From Eledone cirrhosa (Eukaryota), in assembly GCA_964016885.1 (NCBI GenBank), contig OZ024749.1, positions 6,076,001 to 6,140,000 on the forward strand: a stretch of DNA of 64,000 bases, written 5' to 3'. A model generated the notes under the pieces. It ran no database searches. It saw nothing but the letters and a program-made list of their open reading frames with translations, and was not told the DNA's origin. This document shows positions 40,996 to 55,203 of the stretch, one piece after another; position 1 is the first letter of the stretch, and every line of letters starts with the position of its first letter. The position numbers were made by a program, and so were the translations under genes.

Positions 40996-41137
40996 CTATC
41001 TATGTATTTATCTCATACAAAATCAAATATTATTCGATTTGTCTGTAATAAATTATATTCTATAATCCCATTACACCTCAGTGCTTCGAAATGTCGATAC
41101 TTTGCATACAATGTTGGCATTCAAAAAGCTGTTTTAT

Positions 41138-41977
41138 TTAACCCTTTAGCATGTAAACCAGCTGTATCCGACCAGAATTCTCTCACTTCTTTCTGTTCAG
41201 ACCGGCCATTCATACTGATGTTAAGGTATTGTTCTCAAAATAAATAATATGAAAATATCTTATGTGAGATAACTATGTGAAGTAAAGCCTTTACTGTGAA
41301 AATACAATAGTAAATATAGAGTAATCAATATCATCAGCATCATCGTTTTACGTCCGTTCTTCCACGCTGGCATGGGTTAGACGGGTTGTCCTGTCGTGGG
41401 CAGTGTCCAGTCGGCTGACCTTGTCTGATTCTGGGAACTGATTCTGGCTTGATGTCTACAGCTGGATGCCCTTCCTAACACCAACCTCATTTACAGTGAG
41501 TGCTGGGTGCTTTTTTCCGTGGCGCCTACACGTCCACTTTACAGTGTCGACTGGGTGCTTTTTTGCCGTGGCACCTCCACAACCAGTGGAGTGTGTGTAT
41601 GTGGGGGGTGGGGGGTTTCATATTGTCTATATGCTTCAGCTTCGGCTTGTTCCTGTGGGAGGGGGGGGGGGGGTCTTCTGTATTACTGCGTGACGCCAGA
41701 GGTCACAATTGTGTGCCATTGCTCTTGAGAGGTGCAATTGGGTAAGGTCGGCCTTTATCACCTCATCCCAGGTCTTCTTGGGTCTCCCTACTCCGCGGCT
41801 TCCATCAACTGCTAGTGCTCTACACCTTTTTATGCAGCTGTAATCCTTCATACGCATCACATGTCCATACCAACACAACCTCCTCTCCTGCACACAGCAT
41901 TTGATTCCTCTTATGCTCAGTCTCTCTCTCAATTCGTTTATACTTTGCCGCTCGCGTGTAAATGGTAAAAGGGTTAA
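41138..41977. mobile_element. TTAA-flanked MITE interrupted by an RTE 3' fragment (about 41330-41958, minus)
   Basis: ttaaccctttagcat ... aatggtaaaagggttaa; RTE ORF 41636-41932 (RRLCWYGHVMR, GRPKKTW). Confidence 0.75.
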
Positions 41978-42201
41978 CTTTCTAATTTAGATGGAAATTG
42001 TAGTAAGAGGTTCCTTAGCTCAATGGTTAGAGCACTCAGCTAGTATCTGAGAGATACAATATTCAATTCTTCATAGTAACTCCTGGCCACCTATTACCAT
42101 CAATAGGGTTATTTTACCTGATTTCACAAAGATATTTTTAATATCAACCAACTTTGTTTACAGTTATTTTCGGTGTCAGATATTCCTCCATTTTTATGTT
42201 T

Positions 42202-42670
42202 ATCATCATCATCATTTAACGTCCATTTTCCAAGCCAGCATGGGTTAGACGGATTGTTCAATTTGAGGCAAGTTGGGTCGGGTGACTGTGTCTTACTCCT
42301 ATAGAACTTTCTGGCTTGGCTTCTACTGCTGGATGCCCTTCCTAATGCCAACCCCTTTACAGTATGGACTGGGCGCCTTTTGTCATGACACCAACATTAC
42401 CCCTTTACAGTATGGACTGGGTCCCTTTTGTCATGACACCAACATGACAACATTTACAGTGTGGGCTGGGTGCTTTTTGTCGTGACACCTACACAACCAC
42501 TTATAGTGTGGACTGGGTGCTTTTTGTCATGACACCTATATGACCACCTTACAGTGTGAACTGGGTGCTTTTTGTCATGACTCTTACATGACCACTTTAC
42601 AGTGTGGACAGGGTGCTTTTTGCATAACACCTACATTACCACTTTACAGTGTAAGGGTGGTGTGGACAGG
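42202..42670 (-). mobile_element. RTE-3'UTR or SINE-like element with about 48-bp internal repeats
   Basis: (ATC)n end and repeated ttacagtgtggactgggtgctttttgtc. Confidence 0.75.
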
Positions 42671-43995
42671 AGTATATATATATATATAATATTATATTGT
42701 TTTATTAAGATAGTAGGATGTGGGGTGCTCTAACCAAGCCACATCTCCATATTCTAGTTACCAATAGTGAAGGCATGTGACACAATAGTTAGATTATAGT
42801 TGTACTCCTTATCAAAAGGTCAGGAGTTCAATTCTTGTATAATGCAGTATGTTGTGTCCTTCAGCAAGACATTTTATTTCATATCTGACCAAACTTGTCT
42901 CCCAATGTGAACGACCTGTCTCACCCATGCAAGCATGGAAAAATGGATGCCAAACGGTGATGATGAAGATGAAGATGATTACTCTAGTCTACTCACCTGG
43001 CAAATATGAGTTGTACCAGTAATTCAAAGGGTAAGTTTTGTCACACATCTCCCTGAGAGATTCATCATGTCACAATGTCTGACGAAACTCACCCACAGTC
43101 ATGTGCAGCCATAATTTTATAGCTGCACATGTCTGTGGAATGATATACACACACAAATATAAAGGTGTAGGCGTGGTGGTGTGGTTAAGAGTTTGTTTCT
43201 CAACTGGGCAGTTTCAGGTTCTGTCTCAATGCCATCATTTTATAGCTGCACATGTCTGTGGAATGCTCAGTCACCAACACATTAATTTGCCAAGCATTAA
43301 TTTGTGGCATTCATCAGCAGTGACAATATTGGTCTTTCTGTCTCTTGTTGCCAGTAAATATAATAAATGTGTAGGAAGATTCAATCTCCTATCAAGAGGC
43401 AGCAGCAATAGCACCAGGTGGGCTCTTTAAGATAAACACCATGGTGATAGTAATAATGAAAAATAATGTGTTGAATCTTTCATGTTTATCTAAGGTTGAT
43501 CTTTTCAGAATTGCTATCAGGGAACATAAGTACATAATTGTATTTATACAGTAAAAGGTAATCTCTTAAACAAACATAAAAAATATCTGGATATAGGAAA
43601 AATACAATCCTACGCATGGACTCATACAAAACAATGTATACATGCATGTATACACACAGGCACATACACACACACACACACATACATCCATGCACACAAA
43701 CACAGACACGCAGACACACACAAACATACATGCATGCACACAAACATACATGCATACATGCACATACATACACACAGACAGACACACACAGACTCACACA
43801 GACAGACAACACATATAAATGCATGCACACACACATACACACACACACACACACAGACACAAACATGCAGACATACAGATATACACACAGAAATATAAAG
43901 GTGTAGGCGTGGTGGTGTGGTTAAGAGTTTGTTTCTCAACTGGGCAGTTTCAGGTTCTGTCTCAATGCCTGTCATGGACAATTCCTCACACACAC

Positions 43996-44334
43996 ATCAT
44001 CATCATCATCATTTTACGTCCACTTTTCCCTGCTTGCAAGGGTGGGATGGGAACTGATTCTGGCTTGATTTCTACAGCTGGATGCCCTTCCTAACACGAA
44101 CCTCATTTACAGTGAGTGCTGGGTGCTTTTTTGCCGTGGTACCTCCACGACCACTTTACAGTGGAATGATAGGGACATCAGTCCCTATCATCTCATCTCT
44201 ACAGCTGAGTAAACTGGAGCAATGTGAAATAAAGTATCTTGCTCAAGGAAACAACACATCACCCGGTCTGAGAATTGAACTCACAACCTTTCGATTGCAA
44301 GTCCAATGCTCTAACCATTAAGCCATGTGCCTCC
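43996..44334 (-). mobile_element. SINE family 1, full length
   Basis: A/B boxes and RTE-like tail on the minus strand. Confidence 0.9.
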
Positions 44335-44349
44335 ATATATATATATATA

Positions 44350-44620
44350 TACAAAAACACAAAACAAGACACACAAAAACAAGATGGCGTAGGACAGAAC
44401 AAAGGAGAGGCACAGAACAAAGAAAAGAATCCTCAGTCACTGAAGAGGTCACAGAATGTGTGACGGAAGAACTTTGACAATATATGAACAACCGTCCGGT
44501 TGTGGAACCAACCAACCAATCGGAAATTTATAAATTTTTTAATTTATAATAAACTGGAGTGAAAGCAACTGGTGCGCGTGTTTCTTATTGGCAACATGAC
44601 CCTCCCAAAGTATAACAATA
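44350..44620 (+). mobile_element. Solo pLTR of family I with degenerate hammerhead (44436-44488)
   Basis: gtca-CTGAAGA-ggtcac..gtgac-GGAA-gaac-TT-tgac; (TA)n flanks. Confidence 0.8.
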
Positions 44621-44623
44621 TAT

Positions 44624-44710
<87 letters not shown>

Positions 44711-44896
44711 AACAAGCAAACACATACATATATATACATATAACATGGTCACAATTTTATGTCCCTTTGTCTATGCTTGCTTGGGTTGGAGCTTTTTCAG
44801 CTCAGCTCAGCTCAGCATCTCTCTCTCTCTCTCTCCCCGTTTAGCCCCCTCTATCTCTCTCTCCCCCGTTTACCCCCCTATCCCTCTTTCTCTCTA

Positions 44897-44954
<58 letters not shown>

Positions 44955-45125
44955 TAGTATTATAAGTATAGTATTATTCAATTTCTGTTAGTGTAACCAA
45001 TTAGTTTGATTGTTCAATAAGAATCAAAGACCACTTGCAGTTGTGTTTTACTCAGTTTACACATAATTGGTAAATCCTGTGGTACTCATATAGGTTCCAA
45101 GTATATAAAATCTACAAAATTATTA

Positions 45126-45412
45126 TTTAAAACATTGCAATCCAGATAAATGGGAATAACATTTATTGTATGACACTGCCACGTGTTTCATCCTATGTAT
45201 TACATATCAGTATTGGATCGCTAAAATTTGATTATTTTAATGAAATTAATTCGCATTCAAAACTTAAATAATAATATACAGTTCGATGTGAGTTAATTTG
45301 ATTAAAATAATCAAATATCAGCGATCCAAGACTTATATATATAACATATGATGAAACACGTGTGTTTTGCAATAAATGTTACACACACTTATCTGGATTG
45401 TGATGTTTTAAA
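45126..45412. mobile_element. Old fold-back or MITE with about 130-bp imperfect arms
   Basis: tttaaaacattgcaatccagataa / ttatctggattgtgatgttttaaa plus internal matching blocks. Confidence 0.7.
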
Positions 45413-45941
45413 AAATACTTTTGGAAATTTCTCTCCATCCCTCTCTCTCTCTCTCTCTCTCTCTGTATATATATGTGTGTGTGTGTGTGTTTTGAACAAT
45501 GAAAATGTGCACATGGCTGAGTGTTTAAAAAATTTGCTTCAGAATCACAAGCTCTCAGGTTTTATCCAACTGCATGTGGTGTAAAATATTTGGTAGACAG
45601 AAACTCTTTGGAAGCCTGTGAAATGTATTATAATGTGAATTCGAATAAGCAGCCTTTTCATATTGTCTCAAGCAGGTTCAACTTGAGAATTACGTGGAAG
45701 GTACATATGTCTCTGGAATACTCAGCCACTATACATGCTAATCTTATGAGGATGTCATGCAGTTTACTGAACAGATGGATGCTGATATGTCATTTTTGAT
45801 GGGATAGTCCCTCATATAAATACAGCACAAGTGTTTCAAGGTTATTTTCCTTGAAATATGCCCTGGGACCAACATATTTAGCCACCTCTTACAACACACA
45901 CACACATACACAATACAGAAATATATATATATATATAAAAT

Positions 45942-46210
45942 GGAGGCACATGGCTTAGTGGTTAGAGCATTGGCCTTGCAATCGAAAGGTTGTGAGTTCA
46001 ATTCTCAGACCAGGTGATGTGTTGTTTCCTTGAGCAAGACACTTTATTTCACATTGCTCCAGTTTACTGGCGAGTTTTCTATGGCTGGATGCTCTTCCTA
46101 ACACCAACCACGTTTACAGTGTGGACTGGGAGGTTTTTACCGTGTTACCTACACGGCCACATTACAGCGTGGACTGTGTGTTTTTTGTCGTGACACCTAC
46201 ACAACCTCAT
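45942..46210. mobile_element. SINE family 1 head (+) joined to an inverted RTE-UTR segment (-)
   Basis: Orientation switch at about 46070. Confidence 0.7.
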
Positions 46211-46232
46211 ATCTATATATATATATATATAT

Positions 46233-46440
46233 ATAGGAACCAGTAAGACCCTGACGGCTGAGCTCAAGCCGTTTCGACGGCTAATTCTGGACAGAATAAT
46301 GAGTCCAGAATTAGCCGTCGAAACGGCTTGAGCTCAGCCGTCGGGGTCTTACTGGTTCCTATTACCCACTCTACTACCCCAAGTATTGAGTACTTTGGTG
46401 CGTTATGGTCCACCTGGTTCCTTACCACATTTCCTTCGTT
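46233..46440. mobile_element. Fold-back element, family K (60-bp arms 46233-46292 and 46303-46362, tail to 46440) with the 3' half of a hammerhead
   Basis: GAAA-cggct..agccg-TC on both arms; core truncated at the apex (taatga); (TA)n flanks. Confidence 0.8.
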
Positions 46441-46465
46441 ATATATATATATATATATACATATC

Positions 46466-46590
46466 AGGCGTGTGGCTGAGTGGTTAGAGAATTGGATTCG
46501 CAATCGTAAGGTTGTGAGTTCGATTCCTGGACCAGGCGATGCGTTATGTCCTTGAGCAAGACACTTTATTTCATGCTGCTCCTTCTACCT
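46466..46590 (+). mobile_element. tRNA-derived SINE head (related family)
   Basis: TGGCTGAGTGG A box, GAGTTCGATTCC B box, ccttgagcaagacactttatttca. Confidence 0.8.
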
Positions 46591-46731
46591 GGAGTTGCGA
46601 CCGATAGATAGTATTAGCAATTGGAAAGACCAACGGAAACATTGTTCCTTTGGTCCGATTTGACGAAAGTCGATCGTTCCTTTTTATATATATACATATA
46701 TATATACATATATATATACATATATATATAC

Positions 46732-46791
<60 letters not shown>

Positions 46792-46977
46792 TTGCACTGT
46801 ATGTATATGACCACTTTAATCCCCAAATCATATCAGAAACCATCCAAGTGCTCAAATTTGTTCAATGTGTCAGATTTTATCATTATAGATTTTATAGACA
46901 ATGACCTCACCTACTCTCTCTTTCTCTCTATTTAGCTCTCCTTCACCACTACCCCTCTACAACTCCCACTACTCCTC

Positions 46978-48065
46978 TAACCACCACCACCACCACTACT
47001 GCAACCACTACACCCTTCCTTCACCACCACCACCATTACAACTACAATCTTTCTTCACCACCACCACTACACCCTTCCTTCACCTTCACCACTACCACTA
47101 CCACCACCACTACATACTTCCTTCACCACCACCACTACCGCCACCACTACACTCTTCCTTCACCACCACCACTACCACTACCACCACCACTACACCCTTC
47201 CTTCACCTTCACCACTACCACTACCACTACACTCTTCCTTCACAACCACTACCACTACCACCACCACAACATCCTTCCTTCACCACTACCACTACCACCA
47301 CTACTACACTCTTCCTTCACCACCACCACCACCACTACACCCTTCCATCACCACCACCACTACCACTACCACCACCACTACACCCTTCCTTCACCTTCAC
47401 CACTACCACTACCACCACCACTACACTCTTCCTTCACCTTCACTACCACCACTACCACCACCACTACACCCTTCCTTCACCTTCACCACTACCACCACTA
47501 CACCCTTCCTTCACCTTCACCACCACCACCACTACACCTTTCCTTCACCACCACCACCACTACCACCACCACCACCACCACCATCACCACGACCAACAAA
47601 ACACCACCACCACCACCACCACCACGACCAACAAACCACCACCACCACCACGACCAACAAAACACCACCACCACCACGACCAACAAAACACCACCACCAC
47701 CACGACCAACAAAACACCACCACCACCATGACCAACAAAACACCACCACCACCACGACCAACAAAACACCACCACCACCACGCCCAACAAACAACCACCA
47801 CGACCAACAAAACACCACCACCACCACGACCAACAAAACACCACCACCACCACGCCCAACAAACAACCACCACCACCACCACCACGACCAACAAAACACC
47901 ACCACCACCACGACCAACAAAACACCACCACCACCACGACCAACAAAGCACCACCACCACCACGACCAACAAAACACCACCGCCACCACTACCACCACCA
48001 GCACGACCAACAAAGCACCACCACCACCACGACCAACAAAACACCACCGCCACCACCACCACCAT
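46978..48065. repeat. (CAC/ACC)n-based compound satellite
   Basis: Direct reading; two subtypes switching near 47590. Confidence 0.92.
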
Positions 48066-48432
48066 CATCCGATATCAATGAAACATAGGAGTTTATTTAT
48101 TCTATCAATCACTATGCAATGTTATGTCATCTGAAATTACTTGACAGCCACAATTATTCACAACAAACAAACAACAACATTTAACAAATAAACACAAATA
48201 AAATAATCTGAAAAAACATATTAAATAAATAAAAAATTTGAAGAAAGAAACCATGAACTGAAGGAAGAGTAGAAGGAAGTTAGGAAGAAAGAAGCATAAG
48301 ACTAAACCTCCCACCCACCACCTCTCTTGTTATGTATTACAAGATGTCCGACAAACTGTGGAGGGGGTGGGGGGCTTGTAGTGATGGTGTTGTACTGAGC
48401 CGACCATGTTTGTAGTTAAAATAACCAGAGAC

Positions 48433-49100
48433 TCATCATCATCATCATCATCATCATTGTTTAATGTCCGTCTTCCACTCTAGAAAGGGTAGGGCGGGTT
48501 CACCCTCAGGGAGAGAATCAGGTCAGAGGAGCATGTTTAGCTCACCCCTGGCTGTTTTGGCCTGGTTTCTACAGCTGGATGCCCTTCCTAATGCCAACCC
48601 CATTTACAGTGTGGACTGGGCACTTTTTGTTGTGTCGCCTACATGACCACATTACAGTGAGGACTGGGCACTCTTTGTTGTGTTGCCTACACGACCACAT
48701 TACAGAGTGGATTGAGCACGTTTAGTCATGTCACCTACATGACCACATTAGTGTGAACTGAGCACTTTTTGTCGTGTCTCCTACACGACCACATTACAGT
48801 GTGGACTGGGTGCATTTTGTCGTGTCTCCTACATGACCACATTACAGAGTGAATTGAGCACTTTTTTTTGTGTCACCTACATGACCACATTACATTGTCG
48901 ACTGGGCACTTTTTGTCATGTTGCCAAAATGACCACTTTACAATGTGGACTGGGCATTTTTTGCCAGGTCACCAAAACGACCACTTTATAGTGTGGACTG
49001 GGCACTTCTTGCCATGTCTCTGACATGACCACTTTACAGTGTGGACTGGGTACTTTATGTCATGTCACCTACATGAAAACATTACAGTGTGGCTGGGCCT
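48433..49100 (-). mobile_element. RTE-3'UTR or SINE-like element with about 10 degenerate 48-bp repeats
   Basis: (ATC)n end; repeated gaccacattacagtgtggactgggcac. Confidence 0.8.
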
Positions 49101-50089
49101 ATTTTCTCTCAGGTCTTGAATAACGACCCCAACACCCTGCTTATTCATTTTTGCTAATCTATCTCTGGCAAAATTTTATTTAAGTGATTCATATTGATAC
49201 AATAGCTGGAGAATCTAATAATCATTTTATTTTAGATTAAAAATTATTATATATGACTAAAAGAAAAAAAATTTTAAAGAAATCCTGTATTTATGAACGT
49301 ACACTATACAATTGCAGATTTCCCACCCCACCATTTATTCCAACCCTCTCATAGATTCAATATTATGTGAGATAATTATGTGAGATAAAGCCTTATCTGT
49401 GACAAAACAATAGTAAATATAGAGTAATGTGAATGCTAAAGGGTTAAATGATTATTTTTTTAAGTAACCCTTTCTTTATAGCAGAATTTGAACTCAGAAT
49501 GCAATGGGTTGAAACAAATACTGCAAGGTATATTGTCTAAGACTCTAAGAATTCCACCATTCCACCACTTAACTGTTATGTTATTTATTGATATCAGAAA
49601 GACAAGCAAAGTTGATATTGGCAGAGTTTGAACAAATATCACCACACATTTTATTTTATATCTTAACAACAAAAAGGATTTTAAGGCCATTTCCCTTCCT
49701 CAAGTTGGTATTAGCCGTGTAGTCCCCATGGCCAGTTTTATACTCATCATAGGGGTCCTTATTAAGGCAATGTTTTACTACAGCCAGATGCGTTTTCTAG
49801 TGTCAGCACGTTTAATTACCTCTTACGACAAGCAGAAATACGGTGCAATTATTCTAAACTAGAAACTTGCTTTAACGATTTTACTAATATATATGCTAGT
49901 TGTTTCATCTTCACCTTTCTGATGTGTCAGCAGGCAGGTAACATTTCTCTCTGATTACCGATTACCTGTTAGAACTCTAAGCCATTTGTTATGCTCTTGA
50001 ACTTATTAAATGATTCATAGCAAAGAACTTTGATCGATCACTGACAGAATATCTAACATCATTATAGTTTGATGATGTTGATATTGTTT

Positions 50090-51025
50090 GTTGTGAATTG
50101 GCAGTATCAGTAGAGGGTCTGACATGCTTTCCAGCATAGTTACGTCCCTTTAGGGTCTGAGTTCAAATCCTGTCGAGGTTAACTTTGCCTTACATCCTTA
50201 CAAGGCCGATAAAATAAAGTACCAGTCACGTACTGGGGTTGATTTAATCTACTTTCCCCTCCCCTTCAAACAGCTTGCCTTGTGACTAAAGTAGAAGCAA
50301 TTATTTTATTGTAATAGGTGGGTTTACAACAGTGGATTGGCAGAATCGGTAGAGTGTTGGACAAGATGCTTTACAGCATAGAGTTACAACCCTTTATGGT
50401 CTGAGTTCAAATCCAGCTGATGTTAGCTTTGCTTTTCATCCTTACAGGGTCGACAAAATGAAGTACCAGTCATACACTGGGGTTGATTTCATTGAATTTC
50501 CCTTCCCCAACAATATTGTTGGCCTTGTGCCAAAGTTATAGGTGGGTTGGCAGAATTGGTAGAGCATTCAACAACATTCTCTGTGGTGTTTGTGCCAGCT
50601 CTTTACATTCTCAGTTCAAATCTCACTGATGTCAACTTTGTCTTTCATCTTCCCAAGATGATCAAAATAAAGTACCAGTCATGTACTAGGGAGGTTTTAT
50701 TGGTCATTCCCAGCATTAACTGACCATGTGCCTAAACCAGAAGCCATTATAAAATATCAGATATCATGCTTCGCAGCATAGAGTTACAGCCCTTTACGTT
50801 CTGAGTTCAAATTGCGCCTAGGTTAGCTTTGTCTTTTATCCTTACAGGGTCGATAAAATAAAGTACCAGTAATGTACTGGGATAATTGCTGGCCTTACAG
50901 GGTCGATAAAATAAAATACCAGTAATGCACTGGGATAATTGCTGGCCTTACAGGGTCGATAAAATAAAGTACCAGTAATGCACTGGGATAATTGCTGGCC
51001 TTGTGCCAAAAAGTAGAAACAATTA
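50090..51025 (+). mobile_element. Cluster of four SINE family 2 copies; last has a 53-bp internal triplication
   Basis: Repeated gagttcaaat..gtcgataaaataaagtaccag; ccttacaggg at 50840, 50893, 50946. Confidence 0.8.
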
Positions 51026-51384
51026 TTTAATTGATCAGCAAGGGATGGGAATACTGGAATTAGAGAGGGTGGCGGCGTATTTAGTCGCAATCCAGAGTCG
51101 GTAGAGCATCAGATTAAATGCCTTGCAGTATTTGTTCCGGTTGTCTGCATTCTCAGATCCAATAATCCCACCGTAGCCCACGCTTGGGTGTTCTGATGTA
51201 ATATGTCACCCAGTTTCATACAAAGCCCCTAACTTTGGGTACCTCTTGCAGAGTCCTCTCTCCTGCAAACATTTGAGCCAGGGGCTCTGGTTTGAGGTTA
51301 TCTTTCTCTCTTCCCTCCCACCCCTCCTATCACCAAATCTGGATGACTTGACAGAAGAAGCTATGGTCATTACTGTTTCTCATG

Positions 51385-51915
51385 AAGGATGAGGTGGCGG
51401 TGGTGGTGAAGGAAGCGGGGGAAGAGGAGGACGAGGAGGGTGGTTGGTGAGGTAAGATGAGAATGAGGTGGTGGTGGTGAAGGATGAGGTGGCGGTGGTG
51501 AAGGATGAGGTGGCGGTGGTGGTGAAGGATGAGGTGGTGGTGGTGGTGGTGAAGGAGGAGGATGAGGAGGAGGAGGAGGTGGTGGTGAAGGTGAATGATG
51601 AGGAGGAAGAGGGGGTGATGGTGGTAGTGAAGGAAGAGGAGGAGGAGGTAGTGGTGGTGAAAGAGGAGGAGGAGGAGGAGCTGGTGGTGGTGGTGAAAGA
51701 GGAGATGGAGGAGGAGAGGAGGAGGGGGTAGTGGAGAATTATAAGGAGGGGGAGGTAAAGAGAGGAGTATAAGGAAGAGGAGGAACAGGAGGTAGTGGAA
51801 GAGTGTAAGGGGGAGTATGAGGAGTATATGGGGGGAGGAGGTAGTGGAGGAGTGTAAGGAAGAGGAGGGGTAGTAACAGGAGGGGTATGAGGAGGAGGTA
51901 GAGTAGGAGGGGGAT
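51385..51915. repeat. (GGA/GGT)n low-complexity repeat
   Basis: Direct reading. Confidence 0.9.
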
Positions 51916-52898
51916 AAGAAGCAGTGCCCCCCTGAGTCAGTCATAAGAAACTGTTGTAAATGTGGAAACATTCAGTTGTGAAGAAGAATGTAACAATATG
52001 GGGTTGACAGTAATTCTTTTACTGTTGTTGTGAGGGTGAGGGAGGTGTTAGACATTTCTTGGGAAATGTACAAAGAAATTGGCTGTTTTTTAACAGACAT
52101 TTAACTGGAAACATGTGACAGCCTCTCACCATCAATATAAGAAGCCTTTTGTCAGCAGCCACTAATGCACAGCATTAAGTCTGTCTGGGGAGAGGGTGGA
52201 AGTTCTGGTTTAAAGTTTCATCTCTCTCTCTTCCTTCCACCCTCCCTTTCCTGGTTTATTTCCTTTGTTTTATATTATTTAGTTGGTTATTTATTCTCCT
52301 GTGGTGTACGAGCATTAATATTTCTACCCCAAGGATGTTTTTATTTAAGAAAATACATGCAGAATGGTAAACAAATCTAAATTGCATTTGATGACAGATT
52401 CAGGTGGTGCCACTTGGCAAGCCAAAGATTCTAATCTCTCAAAGTATTGGCGACTCCTCAATAGATTTGTTGTTGAATTTGTAGCACTGGAAACTTCTGG
52501 CATTCTTGGTTAGTTCCTAGATTGTCTCTTTACTCATTACCATTGTGATGGAGGTTGCCACTCACAAGAGGTGTGAGCCCCCTCAGTTGGAATGGCTATT
52601 CCAATATGTCTCCCTGACCATCCACTCTGGCAATGCTTTCTCCATTCTGTCTGCTGAGACCACAAGGTAGCCAGTACCTTGGGTCCTATACACCAAATAG
52701 CACTGCCCCACACCCTCACCCTCTCCACACACCCTCCCCACCTCCATCCCACACCCTCCAGGCATGTATCATTGGGGTAACAATTATTTGAGCACTTTTG
52801 GGGGAAATGATATCAAATATGACAACACATTTGTAATGTTTACATAGCAGGCTGACAAAAAGAAAATAAGGTCAAATTCAAGTTTCCATTCTTTAGAG

Positions 52899-53323
52899 CA
52901 GGGGTGTGCAACAGGCAACCCATGTGCCACAATCCCCTGCCTGACCAGTCAGAGTGGCCTACGATGACCATTTTTAATTTTTACCTTGTAGGCTTATTTA
53001 GAATTTTTTTCATAATCGTAATACAATTTTCTGTTAGTTTACCTATACTAAAGGGCTTCACTGATAGGGTTATGTCTGTTATAATTTCCCAGTTCTGTGT
53101 TATGGGAAGAAGTTGTGGTGAATCTTTGGAATAGTGCTTAATAAATATTAATGGCCCCAATAGTTGTTCTGATAGGGTTATGTGTATTATAATTTCCCAG
53201 TTCCATGTTATGGAAAGAAGTTGTGGTGAATCTTTGGAATAGTGCTTAATAAATATTAATGGCCCCAATAGTTGTTCCAATGTTCAAAAATGGCTCGCCA
53301 ATGGAATATGTTGCACGCTCCTG
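52899..53323. mobile_element. hAT (Charlie-like) MITE with internal 108-bp tandem duplication
   Basis: TIRs caggggtgtgcaaca / tgttgcacgctcctg; 8-bp TSD ctttagag / ccttagag. Confidence 0.8.
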
Positions 53324-53375
53324 CCTTAGAGCAACACTAGAGAGTGTGCTGGTGTATAGTACTGAAATATGGACA

Positions 53376-53560
53376 TTAACCTTTTAGCATTTACATTACT
53401 CTATATTTACTATTGTATTTTTGTGGTAAAGGCTTTACCTTACATAATTATCTCACATAATATCGAATCTATGAGATTTTGATATTATTTATTTAGAGAA
53501 CAATACCTTAACATCAGTATGAGCAGCCGGTTACAGCCGGTTTAAATGCTAAAAGTTGAA
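53376..53560. mobile_element. piggyBac-like MITE
   Basis: ttaaccttttagcattta ... taaatgctaaaagttgaa; body matches the 20717 and 41138 copies. Confidence 0.7.
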
Positions 53561-54725
53561 GTAAGATTCTAAAATATGGAAGTAAATCCATATTAGTTCT
53601 CAAGCTTTAAACAAATCGATATTTCCCAAGACTTATTAATTTAATTTCATTTGTTTCATAAGAGATTTATGAATATATATGAACATACAAAGTGTTAGGA
53701 GGGCCTTCAGTTGAGTCAAAGACACAACCACCACTCTGGTGCTGGTGCCATGATAAAATATACTTGATAGAATGAGGGACCATATGTAAGCAATCAGCAA
53801 ACCCCTGGCTAGTCTGGGAGGTCAGTAGCCCAGCTTCAGAACTGACTCGGTCAGTGAAAACCAGTCCAGCTCTTGACAGCAGGGAAAGTGGACATTAAAT
53901 CACGATGTTGATGATGATACATAAAATCTAGGAAAGGTGAGTCTCCTAAAAATATATATCTGGATCTCACAGTTTTATTTCGATTACTGGAGAGAATCCC
54001 TGAGATCAAATCCTGCTGTTGTCTTCTTGGTTGTTAGATTTCATTGCTTGCCACATTATTATTATATTAACACCTCTGTTTGGCCCTTGTGTGCCTTCTT
54101 TTAAACCCCAGAATAATTACAAATAGAATTTCTTAACAACATATTCATGATTATGTTAGGTATAACACAATATCCACCATTTGTTAGGTAACGTTTTAAA
54201 CAACACAGTTATGGTTAATGTTAGAAACAGGGCCAGTACTACACTTAAGACTAACTAGACAGTAGCCTTGGGTGTAAACCTCACAGAGATGTCTTACTAA
54301 ACATTAACAGATCACAGTTTTATATTAATTGAATTTAATATATAATTTCCTGTAATTAATATATAACCCGTTAAACATGTTTGCTGTGGAGCAGTGTTAT
54401 TGAAATATTCAAAGCAGTGGAGACAATTGTGTGGTGTTATGACCTGTAAAATGATTTGACATGGATGAATGTGTACAGTGTAGTGGAAAATGCAGGCTTA
54501 GATATTTTCTTAGTGTGGTCAGAGCATTAAAAGTCAAAATCTAGAGTCAACAGATTACCAAACTATAAGTTGAAATTTGGGATACATAACTGAGGGAAAG
54601 GAGTATATATGGTAGAGCTACCCTTGGGTGTTATATACCAAGGTGCAGACCTCTGAGAAACTGTATGATATATGCCAACTGCAAGGTAAAATTATTAACC
54701 ACACATGTACAACTTAGATATAGAC

Positions 54726-55045
54726 AAGTGGTCTCCATCCTGTTTTATACCACGGACTGACTTCATTGTGGACAATCTTTCCACGAACCAGTAGTTCCAC
54801 ATATGTGTTATTTAAGTGTATTTCGATAAAGAGAGCAATAATAAAAAGAGCAATTTATTAAAGGGAAGAAAAAGTGTATTGAGTAGATGAATAATGAATA
54901 TTTAAACAAATCTTTTTAAAATTAAAATCCAATATTCAATTTATTTATAGTATAATTTTAAACCAGTTAATTATTTCTTTGCAGCCCGGTAGCAAATGAT
55001 CCATGGGTTGGTACCGAACTGCGGCCCTGTGGTTGGGGACCTCTG
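54726..55045. mobile_element. hAT (Charlie/MER1-like) MITE
   Basis: Ends aagtggtctcca / ggttggggacctctg; TSD atatagac / ctatagac. Confidence 0.75.
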
Positions 55046-55096
55046 CTATAGACCACGCAGCAGTCACCAGCTTCACTAACATATAAAGTCACTCAC

Positions 55097-55203
55097 CTGT
55101 AAATCATCACAAAAATCTTTATACTGACGGTGTTTCAATCGTAACTCATCTTGAACGATATGTAATTTTTTTTCTAAAGTCTTCTTTTCTTCCATTTCTT
55201 CAG
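55097..55203 (-). CDS. CCDC39: Internal coding exon (107 nt, phase 1 to 0), CCDC39-like coiled-coil protein
   Basis: Acceptor tttttctttgcag, donor CAG|gtgagt; EEMEEKKTLEKKLHIVQDELRLKHRQYKDFCDDLQ aligns ungapped with the recalled CCDC39 segment [34 protein letters not shown] (from memory, needs BLAST). Confidence 0.65.

Noticed and set aside
46901-48081. Pro/His/Thr-rich extensin-like ORFs (also 51330-51971)
   Set aside because: Trinucleotide low-complexity repeats without splice or codon evidence
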